Assembly (NCBI RefSeq): GCF_006345805.1
Contig: NC_043001.1
Location: 128,402,001-128,466,000 of the forward strand
Length of the DNA stretch: 64,000 nt
DNA from: Octopus sinensis
Taxonomy: Eukaryota
Direction of reading: 5' to 3'
Below, in pieces: positions 24,679 through 36,249 of this stretch (position 1 is its first letter; each line of letters opens with the position of its first letter). A model generated the notes under the pieces. It was not told the origin of the DNA. It did no database searches and saw nothing but the letters and a program-made list of their open reading frames with translations. A program made the position numbers and the translations under genes.

Positions 24679-24898
24679 CCCTTTAGTGTTCAGATTATTG
24701 TGTCAAATGTGATGTTTGTTTATTTAAAATGGTTTGAATTAATCATGCATTATCTTGTAGTTTAGAGATTTCAGTGATGTGATTTTTTAGTTTTAGAATG
24801 ACATGGTGGGGCTGAGGTGAGAGGTGAGATCTGGTCAGTTTCAATATAAAACGGGTTAAATATTCTGGCCAGATATGGCCGGTTTGAATGCTAAAGGG
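24679..24898 (-). mobile_element. Family P TTAA MITE
   Basis: TTAA-flanked; reverse complement of 11838-12056. Confidence 0.9.
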
Positions 24899-24995
24899 TT
24901 AATACACTAAAAAATATACACTGAAACAAAATGGTGCGCATCTCCAAGGCCCACAGAATTGTGACTGAGGAATAATTATAATTTCTTACGTAAGA

Positions 24996-25310
24996 GAAGG
25001 TGCATGGCTCAGTGGTTAGAGCATCAAGCTTACGATTGTGAGGTTGTGAGCTCGAATCCCGAACCGGGCTGCATGTTGTGTTCTTGAGCAAGACACTTTA
25101 TTTCACGTTGCTCCAGTTCACTCAGCTGTAGAAATGAGTTGCGATGTCACTGGTGCCAAGCTGTATCGGCTGTTGCCTTTTCCTTGGATAACACTGGTGG
25201 TGTGGAGAGGGGAGGCCGGTTTGCATGGGCGACCTTGCCCAGACTTGTGCCTGGGAGGGTAACTTTCTTGGTGCAATCCCATTGTCTGTGTCGTGACTGA
25301 AGCGGGTCTC
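24996..25310 (+). mobile_element. tRNA-derived SINE, family B (~320 bp)
   Basis: A box TGGCTCAGTGG, B box-like GCTCGAATCC, core TTCTTGAGCAAGACACTTTATTTC; copies at 49018-49353 (-) and 63612-63930. Confidence 0.85.
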
Positions 25311-25839
25311 AGACATAAAAGAAGGAACAGTTGCTTACATCACTTCCAGAACTTGACTGAATAATTATGCTCTGCAATTTTTAGGAGAGATGGTTAGTTA
25401 GGCAAAGTTGACTTCTGCAGGATTTGAACTCAGAATGTAAAGAGCCAAACGAAATGCTGCAAGACATCTTTTTTTTTGTTTTTGTTTTTTTTGACACTTA
25501 TGAGTCTGCCCCTATCAACTGCCATAATAATTTCGCTATTGGTTGTTTTTTTAAAGGGGATATTTGTAATTTTAGCTTTCACAGAGGGTTTAATTTTCTG
25601 TCCTAATTTGTTTTTGTGTTAAGTGATTCCAGAAATGAATTAAACAAAATTTTTTTAGGTTAAAGATGGAAAAAAAATTAACTGGAAATACATGTGGCCT
25701 TAATTTGCTGTGTTAACTACCCCCAATTTTTTTACTACCTTCTTACTGTTTTATTTCATTCATCTCTTCCCCCATGCACACATAAGAGCACACACTTTAC
25801 TACACTCTTATGTGTACCACACACACACACTTGTGTATA

Positions 25840-26219
25840 TCTTTATATATAAAAGTGAAGTTGTGTGTCTGTCTCCTACGATTTAGATTCCTAACTACTC
25901 CCACATTTTGCAGTGCAGTTTAACCAAAACCGGGTATCTTATAGTCGTGATTCATATCGAGCCCTTCTGGGTATTAGCGCGCGTCTACGATAAGTCTACG
26001 ATTTAAAAAAAAATTTACCATCATTTTTTCCGCTATTATATAAGGGAAGTAACTCTCTAAAAATGTCTACAATGAGTCAACGATTTAAAAAAAAAATTTA
26101 CCATCATTTTTTCCCCATTTTTAATGCATTTTTTTGCTATTTTTTGGCTATAACTCTCTAAAAATGCTTATATAGTTATTTCCCTTACAAACCCGAGCAA
26201 CGCCAGGCAATACTGCTAG
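25840..26219 (+). mobile_element. Non-autonomous Helitron
   Basis: A|TC 5' end, 3' hairpin CCCGAGCAACGCCAGG, CTAG|T 3' end, no TSD; internal tandem units. Confidence 0.85.
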
Positions 26220-26942
26220 TATTATATATAGATAGATCCCATTCTCAAGTTAACATATGCACTTTTTTTTTAAGTACAAGCAAGAAGGATAGAGGAAATT
26301 AAATGTTGAGATATTCCCCTAGGACAACACCATTATTAAGGAAACTTCTAAGTGGGGAATCAAAATGAGGTCACAGTCTCGGTTCATTGATAATTTAATA
26401 CTCCATACATCATGGTGGCCACGATACATTTCCCATTTACACCCACTTTCACACATTTTTGTGGTTATTTCCTTTGGGGGTGGCAAAACATATATATATA
26501 CAGAAGATGTTTTTTTCTTGTTTTTCAGTTTATTATATTTCCTAGTGATGAATTCCCTTATGTAAACAGGAAAAAAACCCAAAGATTTATAGGTCAACAT
26601 GAACATGATGTGATGAGTCAATAGAATGCTTTGTGATATTTGTTTTGACTATTATATGTTTTGAGTTCAAATCCCACTGAGATCAACTTTGTCTTTCATC
26701 TTCCAAGGGTTGATAATGTACCAAATGAGGGTGATTGTTGAAGTATGGCTGTCTTAAATGTAGAATTAATCCATCACTTAGTTTGACACTTCTCCCTAGC
26801 ATCATGGCTGTCTTTAGCTGAGTCCTCTCTGTTGCAAGCATCTGGGCCAGATCTCCAGTTTGAGGATACCTTTTTCTCCACAAGTTTCCATTACCCTGCA
26901 AAAGGTAATAGACAATGGCATCCCTCCTGACTTATAAGATTA

Positions 26943-27161
26943 CCCTTTAGCATTTAAACTGGCCATCTCTGGCCCAAAATATTCTACCTCTTCTATGTTA
27001 AAACTAGTCACATCTAACCTTTCACGCCTGTCTAACGATGTCATTGAAAGTATAAACAATCACATCATTGAAATCTCAAAGCTACAAGATATGGCATGAT
27101 TAAATCAAAACAATGTGAATAAATATGTTACATTTGACAGAATAATCTGAATGCTAAAAAG
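26943..27161 (+). mobile_element. Family P MITE (diverged)
   Basis: CCCTTTAGCATTTAAAC ... AATCTGAATGCTAAAAAGTTAA. Confidence 0.75.
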
Positions 27162-28204
27162 TTAAAAAAGAAAAGAAAAAAAGGCATTAGAAAGAAAGCA
27201 AAATTAAAATGGTTTCTACTGTTGATTGACATTGATTACATTGATATTAGATGTTTTCCATATCAAGTTGAGGTCTAATATCAGCATAATCAATTTTTGG
27301 AGTGAAGATAGAACACTCAATAAATTGAATTCCAGTATCATGGAAAGTTAAGAAAAAAAAAATACTTAAGCATTTTATTTAGAGGAATCATCGTAAAAAT
27401 TTCCACAACTTCTGAGCAAAAATCCCTTTTTCTTTTTTGTAACAGTCTACCAGTTCCTGTCAGCCTTCAGTTGGCCCTTATTCTTATAAGCTGATAGGAT
27501 GGTACTACTGGGTGGTGAGTGTATCATCCACTTGTGCGACTGAAGGCAGATTAGTCTCTTCTGTCATTTCCATAGCTTCTGCCTAAGATACAGTAAGTCT
27601 TCCAGACATTCTTGAAGCTGAGGCCACTGGTGTTATCAGCAGTGCAGTTAGGACTGCAGCCTCTGGAACTTGTTATTGTGGGTCATTCATTTTTTTTCTT
27701 GGTTTTTGTCTACCCTTTAAAGCAGAAAGCCCTTGAGTGTCACAGCTGGGTTTTCTGTCCAACACAGCCAGCGTCATTTCTTGTGTTTCTGTGCCCACAA
27801 CAAAGCACAGCTCCAGCTTGATTCTATTATCTTGAATTGTTAAGACTTGCTAGTCCCTTCCTCTCTTCCCCAACAGTTTTTGTAAGGTAGTATGTCAGCT
27901 TTGTTCTTTCTTGCTCTTAAAGGCAGTTCCTACTAAACTTGTTTCTGTAACTGGGCTTTGTCTATGTCTACTTTATTGGGTGTGACATTTGCCAGAGTGT
28001 ATGTAAAGCTGTCTTGTTGTTATCAAGTGAGTTGTTAAAATCTGCTCTCATTCATATTAGAAATATCAAATATAGAGTTATTTTCTTTCAAAGTTTTAGT
28101 ACTTCTTTTATATTATTTTTTGTATGTATGTTTTCTATGCAACTACCGAAGCTTTTGTTTGGGAGTGTCTGATTGACGTAGGTTGACATTTTGTATTGAA
28201 TTAG

Positions 28205-28295
28205 GTTTATAAGCCCTAAGATTCACCCCATAATTGCCCATGGGCATATGGCGCAATAGTTAAGAGCGTAGGCTACTAATCCCAAGATTCCGTGT
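28205..28295 (+). repeat. Truncated tRNA-like head of the hammerhead-bearing element
   Basis: TTTATAAGCCCTAAGATTCACCCCATAATTGCCCATGGGCATATGGCGCAATAGTTAAGAGCGTAGGCTACTAATCCCAAGATTCC; reverse complement of 28530-28625. Confidence 0.7.
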
Positions 28296-28364
28296 ACCCA
28301 AAATGTCTTCGAATTTTGTCACCCATTGCTGAAAAAAAGTTTTAACCAAAATAAATGCTATGTT

Positions 28365-28628
28365 ATTTACATTTGACGGATATTTGTCCTCATCTTTGTT
28401 GTTAACACGTTTCAGCTGATATACCCACCAGCCTTCTTCAGGTGTCTTGGGGAAATTTCAAACTTGGGTTCTCATTCCTAAGGTATTAAAAAAAAAAAAA
28501 AAATTATTATTATTCAGGTCACTACCTGGAATCAAACACAGAATCTTGGGATTAGTAGCCCATGCTCTTAACCACTGCCATATGCCCATGGACAATTATG
28601 GAGTGAATTTTAGGGCTTATAAATTTAG
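28365..28628 (-). mobile_element. tRNA-head plus Penelope-like tail element with a degenerate hammerhead motif (28404-28446)
   Basis: Minus strand: tRNA-like head (B box-like GTTTGATTCC), A/T spacer, then GACAC CUGAAGA A GGCUG...CAGCU GAAAC GUGUU, with 3 nt missing from stem III/H17 relative to 8259-8304. Confidence 0.65.
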
Positions 28629-28639
28629 TATTTTCCTAT

Positions 28640-28995
28640 CCTTCCTTAATACTGGTATTTGAAGGGCAGTGGTTAGTTGACTAAATCAACTCCATTACTT
28701 CACTGGTACTTTATTTTATTGACCTTGAAAAGATGAAAAGCAAAGTTGACCCTGGCAGATTTGAACTCAGTAAGTAAAGAACTGGAATTGTTTCTGACAT
28801 CAGTACAAGACTAGATATTTGTTTGAGTTGGGGGTTAGTCAATTAAATCAATCCCAGTCCTTGACTGGTGCTTTATTTTATCAACCCTGGAAAGCTGAAA
28901 GGCAAAGTTAACCTTGGTGAAATTTGAACTCTGAATAAAAAGAGTTGAAACAAATATGAAAAATATTTTGCCTGATACACTAATGATTCTGCCAA
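28640..28995 (-). mobile_element. Two degenerate family N SINE fragments in tandem
   Basis: GAAAGGCAAAGTTGACC...TTTGAACTC motifs, reverse complement of the family N core; similar remnants at ~23100-23280, 25385-25470 and 35235-35390. Confidence 0.55.
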
Positions 28996-29240
28996 CCTAC
29001 TGCACTTAAAATCCAGTAGTAATAAAAATAGAAATAATGATTGTTTCCATAACTTCATAATAGTTAGTGTAGCATTTCTGTATTTTGTTGAGACAAAACG
29101 GTTAAGTGGATAAAGTATTGAACTACAAAACTTGTAGTTACTAAATTTAAACCCACTGCAGTTATTTCATTGTTTCTCTGAATACAACAGCTAATTCTAC
29201 ATACCTCAGTTCGTTTAGTTATTGGAGTCCCAAACCTTAT

Positions 29241-29647
29241 TACTCTCTTACTCTTTTACTTGTTTCAGTCATTTGACTGCGGCCATGCTGGAGCACCACC
29301 TTAAATCGAGCAACTCGACCCCGGGACTTATTCTTTGTAAGCCCAGTACTTATTCTATCGGTCTCTTTTTGCCGAACCGCTAAGTGACGGGGACGTAAAC
29401 ACACCAGCATCAGCTGTCAAGCAATGCTAGGGGGACAAACACAGACACACAAGCACACACACACATACATATACACATATATACGACAGGTTTCTTTCAG
29501 TTTCTGTCTACCAAATCCACTCACAAGGCATTGGTCGGCCCGGGGCTATAGCAGAAGACACTTGCCCAAGTTGCCACGCAGTGGGACTGAACCCAGAACC
29601 ATGTGGTTGGTTAGCAAGCTACTTACCACACAGCCACTCCTGCGCCT
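29241..29647 (-). mobile_element. Full-length family A SINE
   Basis: Complete head to tail; very similar to 1599-1977 and 55279-55694. Confidence 0.92.
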
Positions 29648-30175
29648 TGAGGAAGTTATTTACAAAAGAATAGCATCATATTTGGGAAAAAGGTCTCCTT
29701 TACACAACAGTTTAGAAGTTATATAATATAGTTAAGCTCCAGTCCTAATGATTGTTGTGGTTCATAAATGATTAATATTTTTTTCCTTTCTTAACATGTA
29801 TTCACAGTGTTAGATTCTGTGTAAAACTTATAACAAATTATAACAGTAACAATGCATCTAAACTGGTAACAACCAGTAGACAGCTAGCAAGATGGATCTT
29901 GAAAACATTTAGAAGATAAGGTCTTGCAAGCACTGTGAATGACTTTTATTTTGTCTTAGTCATCTAGCTTATTGCTTCCAATTTTAGTTCCTTTGTCATG
30001 TGAAGTTCACTATTGAATTGGAAGCTTTTGAACGGGTTCTGCTTATACATTACTCCTATACACCAGTTGATCCACTGAGACAGGTTGAATATTTCAAGAC
30101 TGTCGTACTTCAGTGAAAATAACAATATGCAGTAATTTACACTGGGATGGCAACACCCATTGTGTATCTGTGTAT

Positions 30176-30840
30176 GTTAGTTAGTTAGTTAATTTGGCTC
30201 AAAAGCAAACAGCAAGGCCATGTAGGGGGACATGGAGTTAAGTACAGGGTGGTGTTCATGTAAAGAGTTCAGGCCACTTGAGGTCAAGGGAGGCTTTGAA
30301 CAAAGCGGCCGTCGGCATCTTCACCATCTCGTCTGGCAGCTTGTTCCACGGATCCGCAACCCGGACGGAGAAAGCTCCTCTCCTTCGATTGAGATGAAAT
30401 CGTCGCAGGTAGAGCTTTTCGGAATGACCCCGCAGCCGACGCTCTGGAGCAGGAGTGAAGAACAGCTCTTTCGAGAGGTTACACTTTCTGCTTATGATGT
30501 TGTGGGCGAGAATGAGATCACCACGGCGGCGGCGTTTTTCAAGAGAATAAAGGTCGAGCGTCCTCAGCCTTTCTTCATAGGACAAATTTTTGAGACCATG
30601 AACCATGCGGGTAGCCAGCTTCTGGACTCTTTCGAGATGCTGTATGTCTTTGAGGAGATATGGAGAAGAGGCTTGAATCCCGTACTCCAATATGGGTCTC
30701 ACCAGCGTGACATAGAGTGGTAGGAATATGGCTACTGTGAGCATTCCGAATGACCGTTGAATCAAGAACAGAATTCCGCGTGCTTTGTTGGCAGCATGGA
30801 CGCACTGGGCCGAAGGCGAAAAGGAGGAATCCACCAAGAT
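30176..30840 (-). mobile_element. 5'-truncated CR1-clade LINE with an uninterrupted ORF2 C-terminus and (TAAC)n tail
   Basis: ILVDSSFSPSAQC...LYVTLVRPILEY...LERVQKLATRMVHGL...SYEERL...SLEKRRRRGDLI...RGH...FSVRVADPWNKLP are typical CR1 ORF2 motifs; stop at 30256; GTTA repeats at 30176-30192. Confidence 0.92.
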
Positions 30841-30999
30841 ATGTCGATTTTGTAGCTGGAAAGGAAATTTCTGTAAGATCTGTGATGGAAAATGACCTAT
30901 CCATTTACAGGACAATTTTCAGAAAGCTAACCAGCTATTTGGTTATCCTTCACTCAAGTAACTTTGTACAAGTCTGATTTAACACCCATGATTCATACT

Positions 31000-32045
31000 G
31001 GCATGGGTTGGATGATTTGACAGGATCTTTTGGGTCCAACGACCGCATTGTGCTCCAGTGTCTGCTTTGGTATGGTGTCCGTGTCTGGCTGGATGTCTCT
31101 CATAACACCAAACGCTTTACAGCATGTACTGGGTGCTTTTTTTGTGCCACCAGCACTATTGAGGTTGCCATGCAGCCTGCAAGACTTCAGACTATGAGGG
31201 AGGGCATTTCATCTTTATGCTAGGGGATGGGAGGAGTTGAAGTATAAGAGAAGTGGGAGGTAGAGTAAGTTCTTGTAGAAGAGCTACATGGTAGAGGAGG
31301 AATAGAATAATCAGGAGAAGATGCAAAGAGATAGATAATAGAGATGAGGTATCCAGGTGGTTCCTCGAGGTACAGGCAGAGTAGAAAAGGTGGGGAGTGG
31401 CAAGATTGTTTGGTGAGCAAGAAGATTAGGGGATGCAGAAGCAGTTTGCAACTATAAGGTTGAAGGGTGATGACCAATGAGTCGTGAGTTGGAGAGGATA
31501 GAGGGCTGCAGAAGGGAGCAGGTGGTGGTGGGCAGAGTGACAGAATAGGAATGATACAGTTGATAGGAGGAGGGCAAGAGATGACAAAGTGGGGGTAGGC
31601 TGCAGGAGCAGGATGATAGGTAGGTATAGTGCATAGTGAGAGGTAGTTTGGTTCATGAGGGTAAGGGTGAATCAATGTAATGTGTGGGTTGAGAGCACAA
31701 CATACACAGTGCTTCCAGAACTCATTTTCGCCGGGGTGGATTGGTCTAGAACCTCATACCACCAGACATCTCTCCTTTCATCTCCTCCATGAGGTTCAAC
31801 ATCTTGAGACCAGCCCTCACTACTTCATACCATGTCTTCCTGGGCCTCTCTCTTCCACAAGTTTCATCCACTTTAAGCAATCAGCAACTTCTTTATACAG
31901 TTGTCCTCATCCATATCCATCACACGACCAGAATCCATTGCCATCTTTTCTCTTGCATGCTTCATCTGATTCCTCTTATGCTCGATTTCTCTCTCAACAC
32001 ATTTGGACTCTGTCATGCATGCACATTGACATTGTACATCCATTA
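31000..32045 (-). mobile_element. RTE-type LINE 3' fragment: degenerate ORF2 end, pyrimidine-rich 3' UTR, family R terminus
   Basis: 31750-32045 is homologous to 21200-21450; purine-rich tract on the + strand at 31215-31700; family R end at 31000-31215. Confidence 0.7.
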
Positions 32046-32214
32046 GAGCAACAGGAAAAACAGATTATTAGGTCTTTCTTTAGTGAGAAATGTACTAAAT
32101 ATAGATAAGAGATTAGGGATCTCAAGTTGTGTGCTAAACTCAGGAGGCAAGAGAAACTAGAGAAAAAAAACTGAAAGATTTCTCTGCTGCACATGTAAAT
32201 TTCAGGTGCACATA

Positions 32215-32689
32215 TATGTCTTGCAAACAACTTGCACATGCAAGTGCTACCAGTCAAAAGCTCTGTATACCAGAAGCCAGCAAGTGTATGGGGTAATCAG
32301 GAGAGAATGCGCGCCGTTTCGGGGCCTACCTCTCGACGGCATCAATATGCACCGGCCCCCCCCTCACTGATATGAGGCCCCGCTTGCTAGATCAGCTGGT
32401 TATGAAGATAAACTCAATATCCTTCTAGCCATCGCTCATCGTCTCTTTTTAACCAAATCCAGTGGCTGACCTTCTCCACTGTAGATTGGATATCAGTCAT
32501 GGTGGTATTGACTTTACGATGAGTTAGGCCTAGCGATAACAACAGTCGTCTCACGCTGTGTCCAACAAACCCTCTACAACCGACTTCGATTGGAAAATGT
32601 TCCGCTTTCCAGCCTGCGTCTTCACATTCCTCGAGCAGGTTTACATAACGGTTCAATCTTTGAGCCCGAGCGGCGTCCATATTATCTTC
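32215..32689 (-). mobile_element. 5'-truncated HERO-like non-LTR retrotransposon (restriction-like endonuclease C-terminus and 3' UTR)
   Basis: EDNMDAARAQRLNRYVNLLEECEDAGWKAEHFPIEVGCRGFVGHSV...VEKVSHWIWLKRD matches the HERO-type PWE..K..KY...GW...PIEVGCRG...ASRWLW pattern; 16-bp TSD ATTTCAGGTGCACATA at 32199-32214 and 32690-32705. Confidence 0.85.
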
Positions 32690-33157
32690 ATTTCAGGTGC
32701 ACATAAGTTGCAGTGGTGTCTCAAAAAGGTTGACAGATGAAGAATAATAGATGTAACAGATTCACAGGAGTGGCTTGGACTATAAGCACCTTGGGAATGC
32801 AATCTGCTTAGAAGGCTCACTGGAAATAATCAGTAGCTTCTCTTTGGTCATTGTGGAAAAATTGACATGTTTAATAGTATTGAAGTAGTTTTCAACTTTA
32901 AACTTGTTGCAACATCATAGCAAAAAAAGAATTCCTAGTTGAGTGATGGTTGGCAAAAATTTCAGTTATACATCTGGGAGGTTGGTATTTGTCAGTTTTT
33001 AAACCACTAATCTAGGGGACCTAATCAGCAGCAGAGTGGGTGTTGAGGAATGATAGCAACCCGAATTAAAATGGGGATGGAAAAGTTAGCATCAGTTTCT
33101 CTCTTCAATACAAGGACAGATGTATGATGTTCTTGTACGATGTAATGCTACTACATA

Positions 33158-33528
33158 GAGGTGCAATGGCCCAGTGGTTAGGGCAGCAAACTTGCGGTCG
33201 TAGGACCACGGTTTTGATTCCCAGACTGGGCGTTGTAAGTGTTTATTGAGCGAAAACACCTTAAGCTCTACGAGGCTCTGGCAGGGGATGGTGGCAAACC
33301 CTGCTGTACTCTTTCACCACAACTTTCTTTCTTTCTTCCTGTTTCTGTTGCAACTGTATTTCAAAGGGCCAGCCTTGTCACACTGTGTCACACTGAATCT
33401 CTCCGTGCACTATGTTACGGGTACACATGTCTGTGGAATGCTCAGCCACAGGCACGTTAATTTCATGAGCAGGCTGTTCTATCGATCAGATTGACTGTAA
33501 CTCTCATCGTTGTAACCGACGGCGTGCC
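33158..33528 (+). mobile_element. Family C SINE
   Basis: Reverse complement of 8958-9333. Confidence 0.85.
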
Positions 33529-33984
33529 AAATTTTTTTTTTATGCTATTGCATAAGAGCCAGATATGGGTACTGAAATGCTGAGGGTGTGTGAAGGTTTG
33601 AAAGAAATGAGATGAGTGTGCTTTGATGTTTATATATTAGTGCGTAATTAACAAAGCATAGGTGAGCTGAGTAAGAAATGAGCATTAGAGGTTTAATAGC
33701 TATATGCAAGAGAGACGTGCATGCTGCTACTGGCATCTGATGCAATATGAAGGGTGAAGTATTTAAGCAGTCTATGTTGCAGAAATTTGTATTAGAAGAA
33801 ATGGTGAAGACTGCTCTTAGGATGCTGAATCTCACAAAGAACATGATGTGTTGAAATATTGTGCTGATGCAGATATGCCCAACCTAGGTACTGTGTAAAA
33901 TGGATGTAATAAAATGATGACAAAGATCTTGTAAGGATTGGCACCGAACCTTGAGTTGATTCCTAACTGGATGGTATTGCATAG

Positions 33985-34211
33985 GCGGCGAGCTGGCAGA
34001 AACGTTAGCACGCCGGGCGAAATGCTTAGCGGTATTTCGTCTGCGTTACGTTGAGTTCAAATTCCGCTGAGGTCGACTTTGCCTTTCATCCTTTCGGGGT
34101 CGATAAATTAAGTACCAGTTACGCACTGGGGTCGATGTAATCGACTTAATACCTATGTCTGTCCTTGTTTGTCCCCTCTGTGTTTAGCCCCTTGTGGGTA
34201 ATAAAGAAATA
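33985..34211 (+). mobile_element. Young family N SINE (~230 bp; Nin/Deu-like central domain)
   Basis: GTCGACTTTGCCTTTCATCCTTTCGGGGTCGATAAATTAAGTACC core; flanking direct repeat GGTATTGCATAG; near-identical copy at 47493-47722. Confidence 0.85.
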
Positions 34212-36249
34212 GGTATTGCATAGTGGCAAGAATTCCGTCTTGTCAGTCTTGAGTTATAGGTGCTACACTGTAAATTTGGGTCTCAAAGGACCTCAGCTGT
34301 ATACTATATCAAAACATGATGAGGTTTGGACAGTCTACTTGTATTTAGATCCTTGATAAATCTACATCATGCTGAAACAAAATATGAAGGACTAACTCGC
34401 CTCATTCTCCAAATATCAGACAAACGAAAATAATCAGCAAAAGCATTGAAGGCACCACCACCATAGTATTACTACTTGCTGCAGCTTGAATGCTTGAAGC
34501 AGTAAAAATGTATCCTTTCCACAAGAAAATAAGTAATGTGAATGTAATATGAAAAAATGCCAATAGGGAATTTATAGTGTTGTAGATTCTATTCACAAAA
34601 AAAAAAAGATTTCACATTTTGCTGAAATACATTTTGCTGAAACGTCTGCCACTTCAGGCAAGAATGTTGACTTAGAATTGTTTTGAAATTTAATATGTGT
34701 GTGTATGTTGTTTTATATCATTTTTTTTATGTTGGCTCAATGCCTCAAATTTATAGGTGAAGAATAATAAACTAAATTGTCCTCTTCTCCCCTTTCTCTC
34801 AAAGTTGTTCTCATCCAAACTTGAAACTTAGAAGCATGAAACTAAATACTGCAAGACACTTAGTCTGGTGCTCTGACTATTTTTGTCTCAAATCCTGCCT
34901 TTGTACATGTCATTGGTATTCTAAAGTTATCTTTGGTGTATAGTTGAATGTCTGTCAGACTCTTTACCCATTGATAAATATTTCTGGTTGGAGGGTGGTT
35001 CATCCATCAGAGTTGACCATGTATGCACAGGTATAAGCAATGTTTGCCAGTGGAAAGCTGACAGTTGCCCATGCATGAAAGTCTTCTTTCTCTATATCAC
35101 TGATGTTATCCAAGGCAAAGGTCATGACTTGGCACCAGTGTCATTGCAGGCATTGCTGTCAGAATGCAGAGGGTCGAAACAGATACCACAAGGTACCTTA
35201 TTCAACAGTCTGAGAATTCCACTAATCCATCATCCTGGATCAGTATAGACCCTGATTTTTATAGACCCTGAAAAGATGAAAGGCAAAGTTGACCCCAGTG
35301 AGATTTGAACCTGGAAAGCAGAGAGTCAGAACAGAAACCACAAATCATTCCATCCTACTCACTAACAACTCAGCCAATTTGCCAACTTTTCTGGTCTTGA
35401 ATGATTAAGTAATTCACTTGATAGTCTGGTGCCAGGCATATCAATGAAGAGGATATTGAACTATTTTACACATAGCTTCCAGGATTTTCTTTCATCATAC
35501 CAGGATGATAGGCTGTGGGAGGATTTGAATTCACCATTACAGACTAAGTAAAACTATTTTCTGTTAGAACTGGCTTTACTGCTTTTGGTGGCAAATTGTG
35601 TCTTCCCATTGTAACTATTATAAAATAAAGTTGCTGAGTCTCTTCTGATTGGATGGTGAGTGTTCAGTCAACTAAATTACCTCGTCATTGAATTAACTTG
35701 GAAGTAGCTGAGTATTCCACGGAGTCATTCACTCATAGCTTAATTCTTACATAGTGTGTCAAGGTGGGACCTTTGAATAACAGTCCATCTGATGGCCTTC
35801 TGCATTCATTCCGTTTATTTAATTTCACTTACAAGGCTTGGATCAACTCTGTGCAACTGCCGAATGAACTTCTTAACCATTCAGCTGTTACATTAACACA
35901 AGCTGTCCCTGGCATGGGTTGGACGGCTTAACAGGAACTGACAGTGTTTTTATTTTTATTTTAGACATTATTACTCTTCATTTAGAAATCTAGGCTCCTA
36001 ATTCGAATCCAATCTGAAATCATACAGATATTAAGGAATAAGACTTGGTGACAATAAGAGATAAAATCCAATCCAAATGCAGTGTAGGTGTAACACTGTA
36101 AATATTCATTTAAAAGGGGTTAATAACCTCGAAAAATTTATGATCTTAATAATGATAGCCCAGAAGTTAGACATTAAAATGTTCTGTTTTCTTCTTTTGT
36201 GCATTGGTCACTTATGCCTGTGCTAGTAGGGTGCCAAGAACACTTTTTT

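Larger units (their letters stand above)
32760..34500 (+). pseudogene. Highly decayed hAT-like transposase remnant carrying later insertions
   Basis: LSDGW motif at ~32938; VLKYCADADMPNLGTV*NGCNKMMTKI at ~33850-33930 resembles the hAT 'LRxxDxDxPxxGxxYxxM' block; many stops and frameshifts. Confidence 0.35.

Noticed and set aside
24996-25075. SINE heads (families A, B, C, N and 28240-28295) as tRNA genes
   Set aside because: They have A and B boxes but no complete cloverleaf, and continue into multi-copy SINE bodies.
27430-28020. GC-richer stretch resembling coding sequence
   Set aside because: Stops in all frames and no recognisable motif; probably an unclassified decayed TE.
30232-30723. 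163-aa + strand ORF
   Set aside because: Antisense shadow of the CR1 ORF2 on the minus strand.
31220-31675. 151-aa minus-strand ORF
   Set aside because: Low-complexity translation of the pyrimidine-rich RTE 3' UTR.
32313-32381. Hammerhead ribozyme in the HERO 3' UTR (GUC triplet and GAAACGGC)
   Set aside because: No CUGANGA lies between the stems in the required order on the sense strand; the pairings fit a pseudoknot instead.
35568-35655. AG...GTGAGT-bounded candidate coding exon
   Set aside because: Stops in all three frames and adjacent to decayed repeat sequence.
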